Shown here piece after piece: positions 11,301-20,928 of a stretch of 64,000 bases of DNA. This DNA is from a virus. Position 1 is the first letter of the stretch. Each line of letters opens with the position of its first letter. The position numbers and the translations under genes are program-made. Where the stretch lies: positions 32,001 through 96,000 of IMG/VR virus record IMGVR_UViG_3300011113_000396, one strand, 5' to 3'. A model generated the notes under the pieces. That model did not search any database and was not told the origin of the DNA. It saw nothing but the letters and a program-made list of their open reading frames with translations.

Positions 11301-12738
11301 AATACCCGGTTATTCTGGGTTAGGTGTAACAAATTATGCTGCTTATTATACAACTACTCCAAGGGCAATAACTGGTATTTTTGTAGGTAGTGGAGTTACG
11401 TTAGGGGGAATAACTATTAGTCCCCCAGCAACTGGTTGGCCAGCTTCTGCGACTCTTACTGTAAGAGTAAGTCCAATATTTAAATCATTTATTAATATTA
11501 CAAGTGATGTTGATGTTTTACGGACTAATTCTTATGTTAGAGATACATCATTCTCAACTGCTGCTCAACCAACAACTGGTGGGGGTGGTGGTGGATCGTC
11601 TAGTGGATCCGTAAGCGTATCAGAATCTGTTGTTACTGGTGTCGCTTTCACCTCAACCGAAAACGATTTCTATGCAGGATTCCTCTGTGGTACTACTGCT
11701 TATAATATTATTACAAATAATAGTACTGCTTCGTATTCAGTACTAACCAGTAGCAGCACAGCCTACGCCAACGCCAAGGCTGCGTTTGATGCTGGAACTC
11801 TAACGTCAAACACTTCAACAGACATTGAAATTCATTCTTTACTTAACTATATGGATTACGGTGGAAACATAATTGTTGCCCCAACAATTGATGGATTGTT
11901 AGGAAGCAATTATGAATATGATGTAGTATTTGCTGAAGACAATAAGAGATATGGTGAATTGATGCGTATTGGTTCTGAAAAGAATCATGCAATTGTTATT
12001 GTTGGAACCTCCCTTGAAGAGGATGCAGCCTCATTTGCAGCTCCAGCATATACTAATCTCAATTCAGCAGGGCTTGTTGATGGATTGACCTATATGACAA
12101 CTGCAAATAAGGGTGAATATGTGTTCTCAGTGCTAGGATACAAGAATAGAACCCGTTTCTATGGTTCCGGAACTGATACTGTTCGCCTTTATCTGTCCTC
12201 TGATGTTGCAGGCGCATATGCTCGTTCGTATGTAGAGAATAAATACCACTTATCAAGCTCTGGTTCGATTAGAGGCGGAATCAAAACTTATTCAAATATT
12301 ACTCCAACTATTGTAGATCGTGATCTCTCTGGCTATTACACCAGAGGTATCAACCCAATCTACATTCCAAGCGGTACAAACAGAGCTGCTATTTGGGGAG
12401 ATGCCACTGGTATTACTACAGGAAACGAAGTATATAGAAAGTCGGCTTCAATCTCCAAGAACACTAGCACAATTAAGAGAGAATTCAAGAAGATCTTTGA
12501 AGACTTCCAATTTGAACAAAATAATGCTGGTACAAGAGCACAATTCGTTTCAAGAGCAACTACTGTTCTTGATAAGTTGCAATCTGTTGGTGGCCTTGCT
12601 TCTTACACGTTAATTTGCAATGAAACAAACAATACCCCAACTGTAATTGCACAGAAGAGATTGGTTGTTGACTTGACAATAGTACCTAATAATTCAATCG
12701 AATCTATAGTCTTGAATTTTGTTCTTAATCAAATCTAA
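8356..12738 (+). CDS. Tail sheath-like protein 1 (gp18 domain in last ~380 aa) with ~1080-aa N-terminal extension
   Basis: C-terminal RGINPI..WGD, FEQNNAGTR, ICNETNNTP and LVVDLTIVP..SIESIVLNF; GGGGGGSSSGS linker before the sheath domain. Confidence 0.75.
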   Translation: MAELTHSHNISGTLIGLTPGSAPLTVGLTFSVDGVSFSSVNFDLRIDVDTFDLSVPYTSIDTFRELNGSSEVLIANNSNGLIVSNTGTTWNHFIGITLYSPQQNIFNAGLANQMLAGDLHYRTRANNFSLKYGAFGQTGSGQIAEVASSTRGETLSFRPFNIVSATNGVAGSTLGLTLQSANIQRYYVGIGTGATFFGIVSLLGCTNGINLNSSNLTSTQISEINADYLDPNISGTDSKFNTLRRIIDNSGTTIFNTSYTEFVVPKHIPTGSYYLMPIPNSFFGLPAFSNDESFTASGQNINLSQTNINITNNISSGLTGVYSLSSGVTHFTTAISTRLPIVSQAFSNVDFADKTFSIFDPITFNLVTSPYGITNNLTGNTFHKLDYGFNNRGTTNYGGALTDNPVSHVPPLFGFIPIGLTIGNTLTVLLDGITFYEKIYNPYNVNFNNTSLAHFYTSESTIQNNKRFIRLINESGDLAAKRNLNHINRAFYRVDFNNHANPWGFTGFTFGQGSTQSQLKVFYGNPANGISFILPINTGSPADFYSLTGQDVFIPIQGTASGSTLTPGASVEIHYQNRPLGYLEKLNLYNASGNFALGITIADNRTFIPKNTTELGYIRKNFDQSNVETFIVPNLNSVGSTGTARISFIRGDGVSFEFGSTPITTPFRTFSPIHTIGNISGLTLIATGVTQSTSPTSFTRFIAPAVDLMRITVNHGLTNLESGIIGRNNIHSRYYMQSNVDNFLTDGSFYRGYLSFILDSVGPENVVNNGISVTNRTLRSFREAALERANNINAINGISLSIPLRNFQGVITEGWPFDTIEGNSSLTQLMNYFNGPPLTEAQLSAVADTFNYPQYDTGFTLMFDQGDSPDETFNNGEWFLANPQSFLRYSSGSTFFPSTAFSFDNTTISFPHYIFYDYRITGVTLSSTSSVQSQQSLTTTITVQDLPHASIFDGLRLSVLNGTSEVFTKNLLYTTSSSNDYRIPGYSGLGVTNYAAYYTTTPRAITGIFVGSGVTLGGITISPPATGWPASATLTVRVSPIFKSFINITSDVDVLRTNSYVRDTSFSTAAQPTTGGGGGGSSSGSVSVSESVVTGVAFTSTENDFYAGFLCGTTAYNIITNNSTASYSVLTSSSTAYANAKAAFDAGTLTSNTSTDIEIHSLLNYMDYGGNIIVAPTIDGLLGSNYEYDVVFAEDNKRYGELMRIGSEKNHAIVIVGTSLEEDAASFAAPAYTNLNSAGLVDGLTYMTTANKGEYVFSVLGYKNRTRFYGSGTDTVRLYLSSDVAGAYARSYVENKYHLSSSGSIRGGIKTYSNITPTIVDRDLSGYYTRGINPIYIPSGTNRAAIWGDATGITTGNEVYRKSASISKNTSTIKREFKKIFEDFQFEQNNAGTRAQFVSRATTVLDKLQSVGGLASYTLICNETNNTPTVIAQKRLVVDLTIVPNNSIESIVLNFVLNQI

Positions 12739-12744
12739 TAAATA
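12737..12744 (+). promoter_or_regulatory. Late promoter-like box (AATAAATA)
   Basis: TATAAATA variant 4 nt before ATG 12749. Confidence 0.5.
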
Positions 12745-12748
12745 GTAT

Positions 12749-13882
12749 ATGCCGATTACCACAACCACACAATCAAACACATTTAACATCACCCCAGTAT
12801 CTGCTACAGATCACTATACTGGGTTTTTGTGTTCCACATCGACATATAATTTATTAGGAACAACTGCTGATTCATTTACGAATCTTGAAACTATTTCAGA
12901 CTCTATTTCTACATTAGCGGGAAGAACAAGCTATACCAGTATTACCACAAATAGTCTAGTTGACAGAGAAATCCATTCAATATTTAATTGCATGGAATAT
13001 GGTGGTAAAATGGTTATTTCTGGGACTACTGCTGGACTAGCCTTATCGTCAGCTAAAATTTCAGAAGTTATAGCCGAGGATACCTCTAGATACAGCGACG
13101 TAATTAGTGTAGCCAAAGCTAGACTGAATTGCAATGCAATTATTGGTTCTGACAGAGATCAGAGTGGGGACTACACCACTCCTGATCAAGCATCAATTAT
13201 ATCCTCAGTATCAACTCAATTGGGGTCTACTGGCACAACAGCAATTTCTTATCTCGCAGCCACAATTATTGGTTATAAGGAAAGGCCAAGATTCTACACA
13301 GGTAGTTCATCCTCTACAAGCGCAATTACAATTTTCCTTGTGTCTGATGCTGCTGGAGCAAATGCTAGAGCGTCAGCACAATCAAAACCATATTTAACCT
13401 CTGCTGGTGTTTATAGAGGAGAACTTTTAAATTATACAAATGTTACCCCTAAGCTCTCGTTTACATCATCAACAACACTAGCCTCAAGAGGAATTAATTA
13501 TTATAATTATCTCCAATCAAAGGGTAAATATTATCTTTGGGGCGATGAAACAGGATTTAGAGATAGCACAAGTGCTAAAAGTTCTTATGGTTTCTCCAAA
13601 GCATTCCTTTATATTAACCGCGAAGTAACTTCCATATTGGATGATTATGTCTTTGAATTTAATGATGCTACCACTAGGTCAGCAATCAAATCAAAGATGC
13701 AGAATATACTTGATCCGATGATTTCAAGCGGTTCTTTGGTAAGTTATACTTTGATTTGCGACGAAACTAATAATCCACAAACAGTAATCAATCAGAGACA
13801 GCTTAAAGTAGATCTAACAATAGTACCAAATCTACCAGTTAAGAGCATTACTTTAAGCTTTAGCATATCTCTGTTATCATGA
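12749..13882 (+). CDS. Tail sheath-like protein 2 (minimal gp18-like)
   Basis: RGINY..LWGDET, FEFNDATTR, ICDETNNP and LKVDLTIVP; collinear with the C-terminal part of the upstream ORF. Confidence 0.78.
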   Translation: MPITTTTQSNTFNITPVSATDHYTGFLCSTSTYNLLGTTADSFTNLETISDSISTLAGRTSYTSITTNSLVDREIHSIFNCMEYGGKMVISGTTAGLALSSAKISEVIAEDTSRYSDVISVAKARLNCNAIIGSDRDQSGDYTTPDQASIISSVSTQLGSTGTTAISYLAATIIGYKERPRFYTGSSSSTSAITIFLVSDAAGANARASAQSKPYLTSAGVYRGELLNYTNVTPKLSFTSSTTLASRGINYYNYLQSKGKYYLWGDETGFRDSTSAKSSYGFSKAFLYINREVTSILDDYVFEFNDATTRSAIKSKMQNILDPMISSGSLVSYTLICDETNNPQTVINQRQLKVDLTIVPNLPVKSITLSFSISLLS

Positions 13883-15291
13883 ACATAGTTAACTACGGAC
13901 AAACTACAGTACCAAGCGATTTTAAAATTCTCGCTTTTGTATCTCCATTAACGCAAAGTGTTTTGTCCGGAATAACTACTTCAAGTCTTGGGTCTGATCA
14001 ATTAACATATGTAGAGTCGTTAGAAGATTTTGTAGATACTTTATTTGGTTATACTGCTATAACTTTTCAAGCTGGATCAGGAGCAACTGCTGAGAAAATA
14101 ACGGATGTGGAGTTACATGGCATAATGACGATGCTTGAATATGGAGCATCTGTATATGTTATGAATACTACTGGTTTAACAGAATCAGGTGCATATACAA
14201 CAAAAAATATTCAAAGCGTTATTAACTCGACAGGTGCAGGGTGCATTGTTAACAATGTATTTGATGGATTGACTGGTTCTGGGTTTACTGGAATACAAGA
14301 TACTCCAATAATAATTCAAAATACAGATTTTGAACAAAGATTATTAAATTATTTTATCACAGAAGTTAATGATCCCGGAAATACAGCTGGAACCCCCTTT
14401 ACATATAACGATCAGCTGGGCGAAATATATGCCAATTTTCAAGATGACATTCAGCCATCTGATACATTTACAGAATTATTTCCTTCATTAGGTAAGTTTG
14501 CTTATGATACATTTCCATCGGCAGTTTATGGAACTTCAGAATATAATAATTTTATCGTATCCAACGGAAAATTAATCGATCAAAATATTATAGAGCTTTT
14601 GGGTATTAAGATAAGAAATAGATGTATCAATCCAGAGACAAACCCAGAATCTACAAGTGAACTTTGGACTAAAATTCCGGTTCCGATGGTTTATGATCTA
14701 GCTGGTCAGTTTTCAAGGCTTAATTTAGCCGGAACTCCATGGAGCAGCACATCAAATTTCTTGGTAGGTCCATTGCTTAATATTGTTCAAGACGATGGTG
14801 AATATGTTTTGCCGTTTTCGGATAGCAATTCAGTGGCTGAGTTTAAAAATACCATCACCGGACTTATCAATAATAGAATAAATTATGCAACTTTCTATAG
14901 TTTTGACGGAATTTATGGTTGCTATTTCTTAAGTGATCTGACTTGCGAATCTCAAACTGATAATTCGGCTCCATTTACGCTGGCTCAAAGCGAAAAAAGC
15001 GTTTATTTTGTAAACATTACAAAGTATATTAAAACTAAAATTTCATCAATTTGTGAAAATTATGTGTTTGAACTAAACAATGAGATAACTCGTTTACAGT
15101 TAACATCTGAAATATTAACCTTCATGAATGGATTGCTGTCTGACGGAGCTATTAATAACTTTAATATTGTTGCGGATGATACAAATAACACATTTGAAGA
15201 TCGTATAAATAGAAGGTTGAGGGTAGATGTATCCTATACAACTAATCCAACAAATGATTTTGTGGAGCAATCAATAATTATCATACCTTAA
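13879..15291 (+). CDS. Tail sheath-like protein 3 (divergent gp18-like)
   Basis: NRINY, YVFELNNEITR, ADDTNNT and RLRVDVSY..P motifs. Confidence 0.7.
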   Translation: MNIVNYGQTTVPSDFKILAFVSPLTQSVLSGITTSSLGSDQLTYVESLEDFVDTLFGYTAITFQAGSGATAEKITDVELHGIMTMLEYGASVYVMNTTGLTESGAYTTKNIQSVINSTGAGCIVNNVFDGLTGSGFTGIQDTPIIIQNTDFEQRLLNYFITEVNDPGNTAGTPFTYNDQLGEIYANFQDDIQPSDTFTELFPSLGKFAYDTFPSAVYGTSEYNNFIVSNGKLIDQNIIELLGIKIRNRCINPETNPESTSELWTKIPVPMVYDLAGQFSRLNLAGTPWSSTSNFLVGPLLNIVQDDGEYVLPFSDSNSVAEFKNTITGLINNRINYATFYSFDGIYGCYFLSDLTCESQTDNSAPFTLAQSEKSVYFVNITKYIKTKISSICENYVFELNNEITRLQLTSEILTFMNGLLSDGAINNFNIVADDTNNTFEDRINRRLRVDVSYTTNPTNDFVEQSIIIIP

Positions 15292-15318
15292 AATACATAG
15301 ATAATAGGGTAGAAAACG

Positions 15319-15852
15319 ATGAGCAACGCAAATTCACTAAGTTATTTTAAACAAAAATTCAACGGTGGTACTCGCCAAAATCGATTTGAGGTTGAGGGAC
15401 AATGGCCGAATATTTCGGAAAATCCCAAAACATGCTTTCATATTGTTTCTGCAAGTATGCCACAGTCAGATGTTGGCATAATTCAAATTCCTTACAGAGG
15501 AAGAGTTTTAAATATAGCTGGAGATAGAGAATATGAAGCTTGGAACTTAGTGATTTATGATGACACAGGTACTAATTCTTTATGGAAAGCATTTACAAGT
15601 TGGTCTAACATAATTAATAAAATTTCTGGAAATACCATAAATCCTCAAAATGTAAATTTTAGAAATGTAAAAACTAATTGGAAAGTAAGACAACTTAATA
15701 CAACTAACAATGGAACTATTCGTGAACTTGAGTTGTTGGGTTGTTGGCCAGCTTCTGTAGGAGCTTTAAATTTCAATGCTTCAAATGTTAATCCTGTTGT
15801 TTTTAATGTAACTATGAATTACGATCAATTTAGGATAACAAAATACTCATGA
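15319..15852 (+). CDS. gp19: Tail tube protein 1 (T4 gp19-like)
   Basis: GGTRQNRFEV, PYRGRVLNIAGDR..W, GCWP..VG and F.VT..YD motifs. Confidence 0.88.
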   Translation: MSNANSLSYFKQKFNGGTRQNRFEVEGQWPNISENPKTCFHIVSASMPQSDVGIIQIPYRGRVLNIAGDREYEAWNLVIYDDTGTNSLWKAFTSWSNIINKISGNTINPQNVNFRNVKTNWKVRQLNTTNNGTIRELELLGCWPASVGALNFNASNVNPVVFNVTMNYDQFRITKYS

Positions 15853-16424
15853 GCTGCGATAGCAAAATTTCAACTTTCAGAGATGCATTCGCATCATTCC
15901 CAAGAGGAAACAGATATTCCATTTCAGGTCAAATTCCCAATTCAAATAATGGATGGGGTAATGATAATACTGGTGGATTTCATATTCATGCTTTGGCATT
16001 GAATGTTCCTCCAGCAAATCTTACAACTCTTCGATACAATTATAGAGGTAGAACCCTCAAAAATCCCGGAGATAGACTATTTCCATTTTGGAATGTCACT
16101 ATTTTGGACGATACAGGGACTGATACCGTGTGGGAAGCGTTCCACAAATGGAGTAACAGTATCAATGATCATGATTCAAATTTAAGAACTACCTCCGCTT
16201 CAAGCTATGATTCTTATAAGCAGAATGGATGGATAGTTAAGCAATTAGGTCTCAACGGAGATACGATTAAAAGCGTAACTCTTGACGGTTGCTTTCCTTA
16301 CATTGTTGGACCAATTGAGCTTGATATGAATCAAAAAAATACCGTTTGTCAATTTAGCATGGTAATAGCATACGATAGCGTGGTTGATGTGTTTACAAAA
16401 GACGGAACAATTAATATTAATTAA
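15849..16424 (+). CDS. Tail tube protein 2 (gp19 paralogue)
   Basis: YRGRTLKNPGDR.F..W.VTILDD, FHKW and GCFP..VGPIEL; paralogous to the upstream ORF. Confidence 0.82.
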   Translation: MSCDSKISTFRDAFASFPRGNRYSISGQIPNSNNGWGNDNTGGFHIHALALNVPPANLTTLRYNYRGRTLKNPGDRLFPFWNVTILDDTGTDTVWEAFHKWSNSINDHDSNLRTTSASSYDSYKQNGWIVKQLGLNGDTIKSVTLDGCFPYIVGPIELDMNQKNTVCQFSMVIAYDSVVDVFTKDGTININ

Positions 16425-16435
16425 TAGGATTTATT

Positions 16436-17977
16436 ATGGCACTATCTGATATTTTAGGTTTTAGTTTTGGTAAGAAGAAAGGCAAAGAGGTTGAAGGTGA
16501 TCAGTCGATTGCTTCCCCGATGCCACCAGAAGATTATGATGGCAGTTATCTAGTAGAAACTGGTGGGGTTTATGGTACTTACATTGACTTCACTGGTAAT
16601 GCGAGAGATGATGGTGCATTTATTGCCCAATATAGAAACATGTCTCTCTACCCAGAAGTTGATACGGCAATTGATGAAATTGTAAATGAGACTATCGTAT
16701 TAGGAACAGATCGTAAACCTATTAAATTACAGCTTGATAAGCTTAATCTTTCAGATAGCATCAAATCAAAGATTCACAAAGAATTCGATCACCTTTTAAA
16801 GATTTTAGATTTCAAAGGCAAGTGCTATGAAATTTTTCGTAGATGGTATATCGATGGAAAAATTTATTATTACATTGAAATCGATAACGATAATCCACAA
16901 CAAGGTATAAGAAAGCTTATACCACTTGATCCAATCAAAATCAAGAAGATCAAGAATCTAAAGAAAAATCAAAAACGAGTTGGTTCTGCTATAGTTCCTC
17001 TTATTCAGGAAGTAGAGGAATATTATCTTTATACAGATACTAACAAAGATTCTTTGATATCAACAGGACCAACAGGCCTTAGATTATCTACGGATTCTAT
17101 TTGCTATGCCCACTCTGGTTTAGTTGACATGAACACCAAGAGAGTTGTCGGCTACCTACAAAAGGCAATTCGAACAATGAACATGTTGCGTCAGCTAGAA
17201 GACGCAATCGTTGTTTATAGAATTTCACGCGCACCAGAACGTCGTATCTTTTATATCGATGTCGGTAATTTGCCAAAGCAAAAGGCAGAACAATATGTCC
17301 GTGAATTGATGAATAGATATCGCAATCGAATGATCTACAATCAGGCCACTGGTGAAATCAAGGATGACCGTAATCATATGGCCATGCTTGAAGATTACTG
17401 GATGCCAAGAAGAGAGGGTGGTAGAGGCACGGAAATCTCTACCCTTGATGGCGGTCAGAACCTCGGTGAAATGACCGATGTTGAATATTTTAAGCGTAAA
17501 CTATATCAATCATTAAATATTCCTGCATCAAGATTAGCTGGCGACAACCAGTTTAACATGGGTCGATCTGCTGAAATCACAAGAGATGAAGTAAAATTCT
17601 TCAAGTTCATCGAAAGAATCCGTTTACGCTTCTCGGTTCTATTCTTGAATTTACTAAAGGTACAGTTGGTTCTCAAAGGAATTATTACTGTAGAAGATTG
17701 GGATGACATGTATTCTGATATTGAGTTTGAATTCAATACAGATTCATATTTTAATGATATCAAGGATGCAGAAGTTCTTGCTAGCAGATTGGATCTTGTA
17801 GCAGCCGCCGAGCAATACATTGGTAAATATTTTTCTACCGATTACATTCGTAAAAATATTTTGAAGCAATCTGATGAAGAAATTGAACTCATAAATACTC
17901 AGATGCAGTTTGATATTTTGAAGATGCAACAAGCTGCGGCAGCTCAACAACAGCAAATGCAACAGGAGCAACAATGA
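16436..17977 (+). CDS. gp20: Portal protein (T4 gp20-like)
   Basis: YRISRAPERRIFYIDVGNLPK.KAEQY, EDYWMPRREGGRGTEI and EITRDE.KF motifs. Confidence 0.97.
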   Translation: MALSDILGFSFGKKKGKEVEGDQSIASPMPPEDYDGSYLVETGGVYGTYIDFTGNARDDGAFIAQYRNMSLYPEVDTAIDEIVNETIVLGTDRKPIKLQLDKLNLSDSIKSKIHKEFDHLLKILDFKGKCYEIFRRWYIDGKIYYYIEIDNDNPQQGIRKLIPLDPIKIKKIKNLKKNQKRVGSAIVPLIQEVEEYYLYTDTNKDSLISTGPTGLRLSTDSICYAHSGLVDMNTKRVVGYLQKAIRTMNMLRQLEDAIVVYRISRAPERRIFYIDVGNLPKQKAEQYVRELMNRYRNRMIYNQATGEIKDDRNHMAMLEDYWMPRREGGRGTEISTLDGGQNLGEMTDVEYFKRKLYQSLNIPASRLAGDNQFNMGRSAEITRDEVKFFKFIERIRLRFSVLFLNLLKVQLVLKGIITVEDWDDMYSDIEFEFNTDSYFNDIKDAEVLASRLDLVAAAEQYIGKYFSTDYIRKNILKQSDEEIELINTQMQFDILKMQQAAAAQQQQMQQEQQ

Positions 17978-18375
17978 AGCATAGACTAAAAAAGATTGTT
18001 TTTGAGTCCTTGGACAAGAACAAACTCCAATTTAATATTAAAAATGAGCTTTCTTTTAGAGTTAGCCAATTAATAAACGAAAAAATGCTTTTTGAGCAGA
18101 ACAGAATGCTACAAAAATGCACTCCAAAAGTTTCGACCGATTCTATGGTTAGATTTGTTTCTGTAATTAAGGAATCCCTACAATCCAAATATCCTATAGA
18201 CATTAAATTAAACAACGGCGAAAATATAACTATTAATAGCAAAGAAGGGCAGAAGTTGGCTATTTTGTTTGATAATCTAAATGAAAATAACCGTGTCAAA
18301 ATGACTTCTTCGCTATTTGAGAATAGCAAAAACTACAAAAATATTTTAGATTTCAGCAAAAATATAAGGAAATAA
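17974..18375 (+). CDS. Hypothetical protein, prohead-core position
   Basis: ATGA overlap with gp20; lies between portal and protease. Confidence 0.55.
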   Translation: MKHRLKKIVFESLDKNKLQFNIKNELSFRVSQLINEKMLFEQNRMLQKCTPKVSTDSMVRFVSVIKESLQSKYPIDIKLNNGENITINSKEGQKLAILFDNLNENNRVKMTSSLFENSKNYKNILDFSKNIRK

Positions 18376-18376
18376 A

Positions 18377-18685
18377 ATGTCATCAAAGAAAATTTTCAAA
18401 CAAATCCTTGAAGAGAATGTAGTCGGAGCTAGAAACTCCGTCCGTGAAATGCTTTATTCTAAGCTAAAACAAAGACTCAATGAAAAGTATATTGAAGTAT
18501 CAAGAACATATTTCAATGAAGGTAAAATGGAAGATGTTGATGGCGATGGTCAGGTCGGTAATGATACCGAAGACGCTATTGCTACCAAGTTCATGAAGAT
18601 GGGAATGCCTCAAGATAAAGCAGTTGCAAAGGCAAAGAGCATAACTGCTAAAAAGGGCAGCAAAGATAAGAAGAACAAAAAATGA
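18377..18685 (+). CDS. Hypothetical prohead-core-like protein
   Basis: Position of T4 gp67/68; basic C-terminus; DVDGDG motif. Confidence 0.55.
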   Translation: MSSKKIFKQILEENVVGARNSVREMLYSKLKQRLNEKYIEVSRTYFNEGKMEDVDGDGQVGNDTEDAIATKFMKMGMPQDKAVAKAKSITAKKGSKDKKNKK

Positions 18686-19329
18686 AGTTAATCACCGAAA
18701 CAATTGAAAATGTTCGTGTAATAACTGAAAGCGTCGATGGAAATAACAAGAATTATTTCATCGAAGGTATCTTCATGCAAGCTGATACCAAGAATAGAAA
18801 TGGTAGAACTTACCCCAAGCCTATTCTTATGAATGAAGTTAGACGTTATATCAACGAACATGTCAATAATAAGAGAGCCTTCGGTGAACTAAACCATCCA
18901 ACTGGTCCTTCTGTCAATCTAGACAGAGTCTCACATCTTATCACAGAACTCCACGAACGTGGAAATGATGTTTATGGTAAGGCTAAAATTCTTGATACCC
19001 CAACCGGAAAAATTGTTAAGAGTCTTTTAGGAGAAGGCGTTCAGCTTGGAGTTTCTTCAAGAGGAATGGGTTCTCTAAAGAAGACCAAAGAAGGTGTCAA
19101 TCAAGTACAAGAAGACTTCATGCTTGCTGCGGTTGACATTGTAGCAGATCCTTCTGCTCCACATGCGTTTGTCAACGGCATAATGGAAGGTAAAGAATGG
19201 GTATGGAGTAATGGTGTTCTTAAAGAACAGACCATCTCCAACTATAAGAAAGAAATTCTAAAGACTCCAAGCAAGCAACTTCAAGAAAAAGTTCTTAAGA
19301 CATTTGAACACTTTTTAAGAAATCTATGA
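18682..19329 (+). CDS. gp21: Prohead core protease (T4 gp21-like)
   Basis: IEGIFMQA..KNRNGR.YP, GELNHP, GVSSRGMGS and DIVADPSAP.AFV motifs. Confidence 0.96.
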   Translation: MKLITETIENVRVITESVDGNNKNYFIEGIFMQADTKNRNGRTYPKPILMNEVRRYINEHVNNKRAFGELNHPTGPSVNLDRVSHLITELHERGNDVYGKAKILDTPTGKIVKSLLGEGVQLGVSSRGMGSLKKTKEGVNQVQEDFMLAAVDIVADPSAPHAFVNGIMEGKEWVWSNGVLKEQTISNYKKEILKTPSKQLQEKVLKTFEHFLRNL

Positions 19330-19817
19330 ATTACTTAGAGCAAACATATTTAAAACAAATCAATCAACTTCAAGAAGAGTTGAATGTTTTAAAACATCAA
19401 GAAAAAACATTGTCTGAACAATCTACATTTGAATCACAAGCAGATGTAGAAACTTATGCAAAAACTGCACTCGATTCTTTAAGTCCAGAAAACTTAGTTC
19501 GTGATGCCGCAAGTGCATTAGTAGGATCAATGGCAGTTAAAAATGTATTAGGTCAAGTAAATTTAAAGCAAATTCTTCAAAAAAATATGCAAGATTTTAT
19601 GAGAGGAACTTTAGAATATAGTTTAGGCGATATTGGAAATTCGCTCGCAAATACTTTAGTCAACGCTGCTGGTAGGAATCCTTTCCAACTTGCTAAGGCA
19701 ATTAGCGTGACTCGTTACAATCCATATGCAATTTTTGATCCCACAGAAAGAAATGATGGTACGCGAAGAGCTAATCCACAAAATATAGATTCATTGTTAG
19801 CTAATGAATCAGATTAA
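19326..19817 (+). CDS. Hypothetical protein between gp21 and gp22
   Basis: ATGA overlap with gp21; coiled-coil-like N-terminus. Confidence 0.55.
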   Translation: MNYLEQTYLKQINQLQEELNVLKHQEKTLSEQSTFESQADVETYAKTALDSLSPENLVRDAASALVGSMAVKNVLGQVNLKQILQKNMQDFMRGTLEYSLGDIGNSLANTLVNAAGRNPFQLAKAISVTRYNPYAIFDPTERNDGTRRANPQNIDSLLANESD

Positions 19818-19837
19818 TAAATAATTTAGGAGAAAAT

Positions 19838-20890
19838 ATGAGAAACAGAAAAAAATATATCGAAGATGAAATTCTAAGCGAAGAGATGGAAGATGAGACT
19901 GAGGAAGAAGAAATGGATGATTCCGAGGAACAAATGGATGATGATTCCGAAGATGAAGATACTTCTTCTAACCCCGGCAAAAAGGCAGCTGGATTCGTTG
20001 ACTTTGATGTTAACGGAATGGGCAGCATGGATGCTAATGGCGGTAGAGTATTCATTCAAACAGATCCAAGAATGGATCCAAACATGGCCAATCTTGCTCC
20101 CTACAACCAAATGACTATTGCTACCCCCAAGGTATCACCTGTTCAGATGAAGGAAGCATTTGACGCAATCTTTGCGGATGCTGCTCTTTCAGAAGAAGTT
20201 GTAAACAAGCTACAGACCGTATTTGTTGCTGCACTCAACGAAAAAGTTGAAGAGCACGCTAAGAACACAACCAAGATTCTTGCCGAGCAATACGAAAAGA
20301 ATCTTGAAATCATGGCAGGAACATTGGCTGAAAAGCTTGATGAGTATCTTGGCTATGTCGTTGAAGAATGGATGGACGAGAACAAGGTTGAAGTAGAACG
20401 CGGCATTAAGACTCAGGTTGCTGAAAATTTCATTCGTGGTCTAAAAAATCTATTCGAAGCACATTACATTGATGTTCCAGAAGAGAAGTACAACCTTGTC
20501 GATGAACTATTTGAACAGAATGATGAATTGACAAGAACCATGAACAAGGTCATTAATGAAAACATGAACCTCAAGAAGGAAAGTGTTGCCAATAAGATCT
20601 CAAGCATCTTCCTAGAAGAATGCCATGGATTAACCGATACACAAGTCGAAAAACTAGGCTCGCTTGCTAAGGGTCTCGATTTTGATGGAGAAAATTCATT
20701 TAGAGGTAAGCTACAATCGCTCAAGGAAGCTTATTTCTTCAGAAAACAAGAAGCCAGACCAGCTCCAGTAGCTCCAGTAGCTAGTCCAGTAATGGATCTA
20801 CATGAGATGGTTCAGCCGACTGCGCCAACTATAGACAATGAAACCGTCGCTCAAGTGGCTAGAGCAATGAGTAGACATATTAAGAAATAA
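19838..20890 (+). CDS. gp22: Prohead core scaffold (T4 gp22-like)
   Basis: Acidic N-terminus, KLDEYL.YVVEEWM.EN, F..GLK.LFE.HYIDVPEEK; AGGAG RBS; precedes gp23. Confidence 0.92.
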   Translation: MRNRKKYIEDEILSEEMEDETEEEEMDDSEEQMDDDSEDEDTSSNPGKKAAGFVDFDVNGMGSMDANGGRVFIQTDPRMDPNMANLAPYNQMTIATPKVSPVQMKEAFDAIFADAALSEEVVNKLQTVFVAALNEKVEEHAKNTTKILAEQYEKNLEIMAGTLAEKLDEYLGYVVEEWMDENKVEVERGIKTQVAENFIRGLKNLFEAHYIDVPEEKYNLVDELFEQNDELTRTMNKVINENMNLKKESVANKISSIFLEECHGLTDTQVEKLGSLAKGLDFDGENSFRGKLQSLKEAYFFRKQEARPAPVAPVASPVMDLHEMVQPTAPTIDNETVAQVARAMSRHIKK

Positions 20891-20901
20891 TAAGGATTTA
20901 A

Positions 20902-20909
20902 CCTAAATA
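20902..20909 (+). promoter_or_regulatory. Late promoter-like box (CCTAAATA) for the major capsid gene
   Basis: Followed by AGGAG RBS and ATG 20929. Confidence 0.55.
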
Positions 20910-20928
20910 ACACAGGAGAAAAATAAAA

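Noticed and set aside
8356-16424. A stand-alone contractile injection system (eCIS/tailocin)
   Set aside because: The genes are embedded among terminase, portal, capsid and replication genes and the tubes are T4 gp19-type, so this is a phage tail
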